Of a stretch of 64,000 nucleotides of DNA, positions 54,531-64,000 are shown piece by piece (the first letter of the stretch is position 1; each line of letters begins with the position of its first letter). This DNA comes from Octopus sinensis (Eukaryota): positions 102,796,001-102,860,000 of the forward strand of contig NC_043001.1 in NCBI RefSeq assembly GCF_006345805.1, read 5' to 3'. Both the position numbers and the translations under genes were made by a program. The notes under the pieces are model-generated. The model worked only from the letters and a program-made list of their open reading frames with translations, made no database searches and had not been told where the DNA came from.

Positions 54531-55512
54531 CCAGGTAACTTGCAAGGCAAAGACTCCACAACTGAGATGGAGCATAGTATTGAGGGTGGTGGCTTTACAC
54601 CTGAAGATGAGAGGTTAAAGTATGATAGAGAGACAGAAACGGGTGTCTTGCTATAGAGAAAGTACATGGCTATCCTATTTGGAGGAGAGAAGGAGAGAGA
54701 AGTTGGTGTGTTGGGCCATACAGAGAGGTGAATGTAAGTGGTAACAAAGGATTCGACAGGGTGAGTGGTCAGGGAACCCAGATTGCGAAAATAGAGTGGG
54801 AGATAAAGGGGCAGGAAAGATGAATGCAGTGAGTGGTGAACATAAACAGATGTATGTATGTGTAGGGGTGCATAGATAGAGGAGGTGGGTAGGACAGCAA
54901 TAATACAGTTAGCAGTGGGGAGGACGACAGAAGAGAGAGATGACAAAGCGGGGTCGAATTGTGAGAGTGAGGAATGGGTGGTCACTGTACATGATGAGAT
55001 GCAGTTCGGTACAATGGAGGGTGGGGTGAACTAATATAACATGTGGGAAGAGAGCACATTATACAATGCTTCCAGAACTTAGTTTCAGTGAGGTAGGGGT
55101 GTCTTCTAAGAACCTCATAATGCCAAATACTGGTCTATGTCATCTTCTCCATAAGGCTCATATTCCTGAGATTGGCTTTGCCACTTCATTTATATATACA
55201 CACACACACACAGACAAACACACATACACACACACACATACATACATAACATGTGTGTCTGTATATGTTATATATATTTACATGAAATTTTAAGCTCAAT
55301 ACAAGATCACAGAGCAAGATCTTTGGGCCAACAATACAGATTTCCAGCCCTTAAGTAGAAATTCATTTTAATTATTTTAAAAATTAATTTCCAATATCAT
55401 TACCTTCTGGTATTTCTTATAATTTAATGTTTCAAAGATAGGAAATAGTATAAAGCATTATAAGTCATAAAAGTATAATGACTGACAGAATTAGTCAAAT
55501 GTCAAACAAAAT

Positions 55513-55870
55513 AGGCATGACTGTGTGGAAAGACGTTTGGTTCTCAGCCTCATGCCACCTGTGGCAAGTGCCTTCTACTATAGCCTTGGGCCAACCAAAG
55601 CCTTGTAAATGGATCTGATAGACAGAAACTGAAAGGCGCCCATTATATGTGTATGTGTGTGTGTGCATGTGAATTTGGGTGTTTAAATGTGTGTGTTTGT
55701 CCCCCACTCAAAGACCAGTGTTGGTGTGTTTACATTCCTGTAAGTAAGCAGTTCAGCTAAAGGGACTGACAAAACAAGTACCAGGCTTAAAATGAAAACA
55801 AGCACTGGGGTTGATTCGTACAACTAAAATTCTTCAAGGTGGTGCCCCAGCATGGTCACAATTGAATAAC
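55513..55870 (+). mobile_element. SINE family A
   Basis: Degenerate match. Confidence 0.75.
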
Positions 55871-56154
55871 TGAAAGAAATAAAAGATCAAAAATACCTTA
55901 CAGTATTTGGTTAAAGTTGTAAGTTCAAATCCTGCCAAATGGTTTGCCTTTCATCCTTCTCAGGTTCAGTATATTAAGTAGTAGCCAAGTACTGAGATCC
56001 AGTGATACAGCAGTCATCAAGACTGAATATGTCATACACAACTGATACCAACATCTTATTCTGGCACTTTCAGAGATAAGTACCAATAGTGCATTGAGTG
56101 ACAGGTTTAACTTGTCCTGTTTTCATATGCAGGGAGATTTCAGAATTATCAAAC

Positions 56155-56590
56155 TCGGTGACTGGCATCCGTTTCCTAGTGGAGCGCTAAGAGTACCATA
56201 CGAGTGAGACTGTTGCCAGAGCAACAAGCTGGCCTTCGTGTCGATGGCAGGTTAAACACACCATTCGAGCATGATCGTTACCGCGTCGCCTTACTAGCAC
56301 TTGTGCTGGTGGCACGTGAAATATTCGAGCGAGGTTGTCGCCAGTGCTGCTGGACTGGCTCCTGTGAAACACCATTTGGGCGTGGCCGTTGCCAGTTCCA
56401 CCAAACTGGCCCTCGTGCCGGTGTCATGTAAAAGCACCCACTACACTCTCGAAGTGGTTGGCATTAGGAAGGGCATCCAGCTGCAGAAACTCTGCCAGAT
56501 CAGATTGGAGTTTGGTTCACCAGACCTCAGTCAAATTGTCCAACCCATGCTAGCATGGAAAGCGGACGTTAAATGATGATGATGATGATC
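56155..56590 (+). mobile_element. RTE 3'UTR copy closely related to 49135-49580
   Basis: Shares gagcgctaagagtaccat and ttaccgcgtcgccttactagcacttgtgctggtggca (reverse complement of the 49.4-49.6 kb sequence). Confidence 0.88.
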
Positions 56591-56791
56591 CTTCATAAAA
56601 GGTCTATTAAACAAACTGCTTTCTTGTTTCTGCTATCATTATTACTCAGTTTCTTGGTGGAGTCAGCATCAAAAACAAATACCACTTTTGAACTTGCCTG
56701 TTGACAAAGTCTACACTAGATAACATTTATACTCCTTTATACATAGAATCACTGCTCCGTGGAACTTTCTTCCTTCTTATATGCTTGAGCA

Positions 56792-57186
56792 ATCTCTATA
56801 TATATAAAGCTGAAGTTGTCTGTGTATGGCAGGTTTGGTAGCCTTCAACTAACACTATCTCCTCCGAGACCCTGCGGTGCAAGTTGACCAAAATTGAGAG
56901 TATGATAGAAGAAGGTTTGCTCTCCCTTCCGAAGAAGAAAAAATTCAAATTGGACCATGTTAACACCAAAAATTATTTACATCAAAAAGGTGCTTTTTTT
57001 CTATGAAAATCCCTATTTTTTACAATTTTTTTTACTGCTGTGCCGCCATTTTTCGGTGTATTTCAACCAGAAAAATGTTCACTTAAAGAGAATAACAAGC
57101 TACATAATGCAAAATTTTTACTTTTCAAAAATTCCAATTCTAAAGGGTCGAAACAAACCTGAGCAATGCCAGGTGATACTGCTAGT
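56792..57186 (-). mobile_element. Helentron/HINE-like element, third interior
   Basis: Reverse complement starts actagcagtatcacctggcattgctcagg and ends acaacttcagctttatatatatagag. Confidence 0.68.
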
Positions 57187-57458
57187 AACTGCTAAATCTG
57201 TGTCATCTTAATTGCCATAAGCTCTGTCATATTAATTGTCATAAGCTCTCATTATCTATCAATCCAATGCAAAATGTTATTCCCCTAAAAACAGAATGAG
57301 AAGTATCTTAGTTTATTCAAAAACAAGTGGCATATGTTTCTTACGATTCACAAGAATTAAAGTGCTGGACTATGATAACAAATTCAAACTTTACTAGACA
57401 TCATTACACATCTCATTAATGAATGAAGCTTGCTTCACTCATTATAACAGACAAGTTC

Positions 57459-57730
57459 ATCATCGTCATTTAACATCCATTTTCCATGCTGACATGAGTT
57501 GGATGGTTTGACAGCAACTGGTAAGCCAGAGAGCTGCACCAGGCTCCAATTGTCTGCTTTGGCATGGCTTCTATGGCTGGATGCCCTTCCTAATGCCAAT
57601 CACTTTACAGAATATACTGGATGTCTTTTTTACATGGCACCAGCATGGGTTTTTGTTTTGTTTTTTTTTTGTTTTTTTTATGCAGCACCAGCAAGGATGT
57701 GTTTTACATGACACCAGCACAAATACTTTC
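57459..57730 (-). mobile_element. RTE 3' tail
   Basis: Same tail sequence. Confidence 0.78.
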
Positions 57731-59556
57731 TATGTGGCACCAGTGCATAATTTTTAATTCTATTCATACAAAATATGTTCTTGCACAGGTGGTTGGCCAC
57801 ATGTGTACGTATGTATATATACAAATAGCTTATCAGTTGTTTCTAAACATTAGTAATAATAAGGAAATAATATTTAACCAACTATACTAGCAGGCATCTA
57901 AAACTTGAGTAAATAACACAATCTAACCAATATACTGGAATAAAGGATACAGCCAAAACACATAGTACTACATAAATATTTAAAACCCCAAAAATCATTT
58001 CTAGCAAACTTAGTATATCAATGTTCACATTGTAAAATATTGCTTCACCAACTATGAGCCAAAAACCTTCCTCTCAATCTAAGAACATGATAATCAAAAC
58101 TTGAGTCCTAAACATCATCACTATCATTTCTTCCATCCACACTTTAATGAGAGAAGTAGCACGAATGTGTCTATTCCAAGGACACTAATATCTGCAATAG
58201 AATGAAACCTTACGAACATTCCTGAAGCAATACACATGCCAGCATCTAATCAGCTCAGTTATAGCAGTTCTCTATTTTATCAAAAATGCCCTTTTCGATG
58301 AGTCTCTCTCTCTCATTAGCTGCTTGTCTTCAACAATTTTACGCAAATTTTTGTCATCATCTCCACCATCACTATCAACCTTTTTCCCATCAATTTTTCT
58401 ATGATAGCAAGCAAGAGCTGGATAAGTTTGCGAAATCATCAAATTTCCTTTCTTACTTTTTTTTTCTTCTTCTTTCATTATTTTTGTTCAAACACAGTTC
58501 AATGCCTTCCTAATCACCCAACCATGAAGCGGAATGTGGTACCTATTTTTAATAGAAATTATAGATTAAGGCAAGAGAGATACCTTGTCTAGGAAGGAAC
58601 GCAATATAATGCCAGTGGCAAGGTTTGATATTTCTATATGCCCACCCAAGACTTCTCTTGCCTTTCGTCTTTTTTTCTGCTTCAACTGATACTATATACA
58701 GTGCTGCCATTTTGTTGTTTTTGGAATCTTTTCTCAATTCTTACAGTCCAATCATTGTTGTTGTAAAACAAAAATATTAAAAAAAAAAATTGGCTTCTTT
58801 TTTTTTTTAATCTTATTCAATTCTTTGTGAAATATACTGCGCATTCTGTAATATTATCTTCATCCCAATTTTGCTCCGAGTCATCTTCTATATTTCTTCA
58901 TCTTACAGTATTATCAAATAACATTCCTAAAACACATACGTGTACACACACTCACACACACATACATACATACACTAACAAACTCTCACACAGAATACAC
59001 TATTTAATTTTATCTCTTTCACATTTCTAAAATAAATGCATAATAAAAATTAATAAAAATAGGCATTTGCTTTCATTATTATTATTACATAACCATTTTC
59101 TTGTGGAGATTCATACACATATGCACTCACACATTATACACTTAATACACACATATGAACATACACACACACACTCACACACCAGATTAGTCCAGCACTA
59201 AGAAAAATCACTTTCCTACTTCCTAGAAAATAAAAACAAAGAACTCAATAGATTTAATTATCCACAGTTAGTTGTAGAGAACATTCCATACATTTTCTAA
59301 GACTATTTAATATTTTCTGCCTTCCCTAATCTGAATGTTAGCAATTGCTTCTTGTAAGTGGAAGTCTGTTTTAGATCTTGTAGTGGCACAGACACTGAGT
59401 TATACATTTCGTTTAGGTTGATATCAATTATGAACAGTAGATTAGATATACCTTGGTGTGATATTCAGTTATTTAATTTAGAGATATGAGTTAGTTCATA
59501 AATATATGAGTATGAATTCACACAGACACACAATAATACATGTACATGTGTGTATG

Positions 59557-59590
<34 letters not shown>

Positions 59591-60094
59591 ATCTTGTCAT
59601 TCAGAGAAACAGATAAGCTGAAAATTAGGGAAGAATAATTATATAAATACGTATGGGTGTGTATCTAGAAAGAATATTCTACAGAAGATTGCAACGCTCT
59701 TAGACTAGACATTCTTCTGTCAACCCAGGAAAAATGTAAGTTTGCTTCAACTTAAAAAATTCATTCATGAGATAATGGTTCTGAAACACAACACCTACAA
59801 TCCATATACACATATACACTCACTACATACACACAATCCATACATATACATACAAACCACACATAAACAAAAACAATATTACCCTCACTACACAAAAACT
59901 GCAATGCAATCCACATATTCAGTCATACAAAGAATTTTAGTTTGTTTTCCTGCTTTAGATGAGATCACTCAGTCGAGGTTTGGTGTCTAAAATCACTGGT
60001 TTTAGTACTGTTCCTTATGCAGGACTGGAATTCAGGCAACAGAAGTAACTTTCACTAAACTAAACAATATATAAGTACATATGTGTGAGAGTTA

Positions 60095-60257
60095 GGCACA
60101 GGAGTGGCTGTGTGGTAAGTAGCTTGTGTACCAACCTCATGGTTCCGGGTTCATTCCCACAGCGTAGCACCTTGGCCAAGTGTCTTCTACTAAAGCCTCA
60201 GGCCAACCAAAGCCTTGTGAGTGGATTTGGTAGACAGAAACTGAAAGCAGCTCATCG

Positions 60258-60290
<33 letters not shown>

Positions 60291-60500
60291 GTTAGTGTGT
60301 CTGTGTTTGTCCCCCCACCATTGCTTGACAACTGATGCTGGTGTGTTTATGTCCCCGTAACTTAACAGTTCAGCAAAAGAGACCGATAGAATAAGTACTA
60401 GGCTTACAAAGAATAAGTCCTGGGGTCGATTTGCTTGACTAAAGGCAGTGCTCCAGCATGGCCGCAGTCAAATGACTGAAACAAGTAAAAGAATAAAAGA
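60095..60500 (+). mobile_element. SINE family A, full length
   Basis: Match to 4859 and 43101. Confidence 0.88.
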
Positions 60501-60582
60501 GTAAAGGACTCAGTGACTCGGAATCTTGGGGTTAGTTGTCTGCGCTTTTAACCACTATGTCATATGCCCACAGGCAGTGACC

Positions 60583-60624
<42 letters not shown>

Positions 60625-60672
60625 TTGAAAAATACCTTAGGAATGAGAACCCAGGTTTGGAATTTCCCCAAG

Positions 60673-60713
60673 ACACCTGATGAAGGCTGGAGGGTATATC
60701 AGCCAAAACGTGT
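60673..60713 (+). ncRNA. Decayed minimal hammerhead ribozyme motif (Penelope-type)
   Basis: ACAC-CTGATGA-A-GGCTG(loop)CAGCC-AAAAC-GTGT. GAAA appears as AAAA and the cleavage triplet is missing. Confidence 0.5.
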
Positions 60714-60796
60714 TAACAACAAACAAGATGAGGACAAATATCCACCAAATGTAAATAATGTACATAATTCCTCATCTCTTAAATATAGAACTGGAA

Positions 60797-61150
60797 TAAA
60801 TGAAGCGAGCATGCTCTGCTGGATGTATAATGTTAGCATGCAAGTGCAATGGCACACAAACAAGCTGAAAGAAAAGTGAGATATAAGAGGATATAGTGTG
60901 CAAGAAGACTGTGCTGATATAGGACGTAATGCATGTGTAGAATGACAGGTGTATAAAGGAATGCTAAGTGCTCAAAGCAACAGAGAGCTGTGAAAGAAGG
61001 AGATGGAAGACATGAAACAAACTGGTAATAACTGATCTCAATATGATGAGCCTCCTGAAGGAAACAACAAAGAACCATGACAACTGGCAACATACGAAGC
61101 TGAAAAAAAGACCCACCCAAAACCATGCAAGAATAGCAAAACAAATGTCA
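60797..61150 (+). mobile_element. RTE RT C-terminal fragment
   Basis: NEASMLCWMYNVS matches NEASMLRWMCNAS in the 49.8 kb ORF. Confidence 0.75.
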
Positions 61151-62454
61151 AAATGGTGGCAATGCTGGAGAGCAGATTGTATGATAAATCTCTCACTCAT
61201 TATGCCCCTAGTCAATCTCCATCATGCCTCTTCAATATCCTCATACCTTTCTCTCTCTCTCTTATTTAATGTATCATGAAGCCTATATAACAAGAAATGA
61301 CCTTGGATCAGTCCATAGTCCCCTACTGTAGCCATCTTTACTAATCTACCTCTCTCCCCTATTTTGGTGTTTGTGTAATATTTCATCAGATTTCTATGTA
61401 TCCCACACACTCCACCATCACAACTTCTATACTGCTAGCCATCCTTTCACCCTCAATCACTTACGATTGACATTTATCACAATCTTACAATCACTCATTT
61501 CTACAAATATCCATCACTTGCTCACTCACTTACCAGCATCTGTAACAGATACCATTGCCTCTCTTCAATCAGTCTCCACCATCACTTCTTGCCATTATTG
61601 TCTCTCTCTCTCTTCCATTATTCTGCCATAGTATTGTTTCAGCCATTACTCCTTCTTCTACAACCTTAATTACCGTTTCACCTATTATATACTTAGTTCT
61701 TTCACTCTACATTCTGGCGTGCCTGTCATCACATTCTCTTCTATTCACTCTGAGTCATGTTGACTTGAATGACTAAAGAAAATGCAGAGCAGCGAGAAAG
61801 GTTTAGTCTTGCTGTTCACAAGACAACTTCTCATCTGAGGGTGCCACAATAAAATGCACCCAACACACTCTGTAAAGCAGTTGTTTACTTACAGGACAAC
61901 AATCTCTCTACTACTGGTGTTATAATGAAATGACAAAGATGATGATCACACACACACATGCATGCTCACATATGCAACTTTTGATGGATGGATGGTTAGA
62001 TGGTTATATGTGAGTGCATGCATGTACTTGCGCATGCGTGCATGCACACATGCACACACACACACACACACACACTATTACACTTTCCAAAACAAATGAT
62101 AAAATACATTCATGGCTACTGTGATGAGAGTATCAACTAAAGACAAGATGCAATAACTTTTTGGGAAGACTGCCTACTTCAAAAAGGACTCAGGTTAGCA
62201 GCGTTCTTTCTGCTTCTATACAAATCTTGGCAAATAGAATACAAATATTCTTCAACTCAAGAAGTATATCAGATAAAAACATCTGCAAATGTATTTCATA
62301 TGCAAGAAGCAAATCAGATATGAAGATCTATAAATCTTGAATGGATAATGCCAAAACAATATCATGTTTTAGTTAGTCTGTCAATGTAAATTATTAGCAT
62401 ATAATGATCAGTTGGCATTAAATTTTCTATTCACTGCAAACGTATTGCATTCAT

Positions 62455-62618
62455 AGAAGTGGCTGTGTGGTAAGTAGCTTCCTTACCAACCTCATGGTTC
62501 CGGGTTCAGTCCTACTGTGTGGCACTTTGAGCAAGTGTTTTCTGCTATAGCCTCAGGCCGACCAAAGCCTTGTGGGTGAATTTGGTAGACAGAAACTGAA
62601 AGAAGCCCATCGTATGTA

Positions 62619-62653
<35 letters not shown>

Positions 62654-62850
62654 GTGTGTGAGTGTGTGTCCCCAACATCACTTGACAAGTGATGCTGGTG
62701 TATTTACATCCCCATAACATAGCAGTTTGGCAAAAGAGGCCAATAGAATAAGTACTAGGCTTAAAAAGAGTAAGTCCTGGGATCAATTTACTTGATTAAA
62801 GGCGGTGCTCCAGCATGGCCACAGTCAAATTACTGAAACAAATTAAATAG
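62455..62850 (+). mobile_element. SINE family A
   Basis: Match to 4859. Confidence 0.85.
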
Positions 62851-63316
62851 AAAAGAATTCAGAACACAGGTATAGCCACAAAGTTAGTTTATTGGTATTA
62901 GTTTCAAACGTTTGATCTCTCTGCTCATCACTGGGCCAGAGAGACTTCTGCAATAGCCTTAGGTCAACCCAGGCCTCCTAATTGACTTTGGCTTGTAGAA
63001 ACTGGGTGGAAACCTGGTGAATAAAATCTACACGTGCTTTTACACAACTACCTGACTTTTGACTCCATTAGATAAAATCCACACTGTTGCAAACATTCAG
63101 CCTAGATCTCCATTCTGGGAATGATTGGTATTTTTGCCCCTTTGCCCCTGCCAATTTTGAAGGCACTGCAAAAAAGTCATAGCAACACCTTTTTTGCCCT
63201 CTGACTAAAGTACATAAATATTTAAAAATAAATGTATGAAGTGTCTTAGTCATTAGTTTTTTTTACATAATTATGAAGTTAAATGAAGTCACATTTATGG
63301 TTATGAGCAATCTCAT

Positions 63317-63565
63317 CATCATCATCGTTTAACGTCCATTTTCCGTGCTAATACGGGTTGGACGGTTCGACCGGGGTCTGGGAAGCCAGGAGGCCACACC
63401 AGGTTCCAATCTCACCTGGCAATGTTTCTACAGCTGGATGCCCTTCCTAATGCCAACCACTCCGTGAGTGTAGTGGGTGCTTTTTACGTGCCACCAGCAC
63501 AGGTGCCAGGTGAGGCTGGCAGTGGCCACGATTGGTTGGTGCTTTTTACGTGCCACCGGTACAGA
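63317..63565 (-). mobile_element. RTE 3' tail with 2 array units
   Basis: Same tail sequence; tttttacgtgccacc occurs twice. Confidence 0.85.
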
Positions 63566-64000
63566 AGCCATCTGTATTTAGAAATAGTGAAGATTGAGCA
63601 AGTAAAGGAAACCTGAAGATATAGTTATATTTCAGTTTTGTATTAGTCCCAAAAATATAATAGGATATGTTTATCAACAATCCCCATCATTTGTGAAATA
63701 GAAAAAATATATGAAAAATAGTGAAGAAATCATCAGAAACAACCTTCCTCTCTACATTTTCTATTTCCCCCACTCACCCCACCTCTCCCTAAATATCAAC
63801 TCATCTGGTGGCTATCAACTATCAGAAAATCTTCCAAAACTGCTATCCCCAATCAGATGACTTTGGGAGACATGTAGCTTCTATGCACCACAGAGCACAG
63901 GCTAAGAGTGTTGATGCTCTGGTCATTCTGGTTTGCAAACAAACAGCAGAGAGTTGAGGGGAATTCTGAATTCAGTAAGACAACTTTTCCAAGTGTTGCT

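Noticed and set aside
59955-60046. Plus-strand exon candidate MRSLSRGLVSKITGFSTVPYAGLEFRQQ
   Set aside because: Good acceptor, but its phase does not join the A-B-C chain and it has no other support.

Overview
AT-rich, repeat-saturated eukaryotic DNA with no prokaryotic features. The SINE families, (GAT)n-tailed RTE LINEs and huge (AT)/(AC) compound microsatellites resemble what I recall of octopus genomes; this is recognition, not a database match. No complete intact gene is present, and most ORFs in the supplied track are microsatellite or antisense artefacts. The window holds a 5'-truncated RTE LINE (49135-52472, minus; endonuclease, RT with YADD, an inserted C4HC3 PHD-like finger, and a ~560 bp 3'UTR), and about 15 further fragments or 3' tails of that family. 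It also holds two CR1-clade LINE remnants, a second RTE family with a perfect TSD, DD34D mariner, DD41D Tc1/mariner and Tigger/pogo remnants, hAT and piggyBac-like MITEs, three Helentron/HINE-like elements and three SINE families. A few phase-compatible candidate exons suggest an unidentified plus-strand host gene with long introns. The most unusual observations are a copy-number-variable double-hairpin array in the RTE 3'UTR, the PHD finger inside the RT ORF, a mosaic templated duplication at 36.2 kb, decayed hammerhead-like motifs, and a convergent SINE pair that should form dsRNA. None is proven to be a new biological system.
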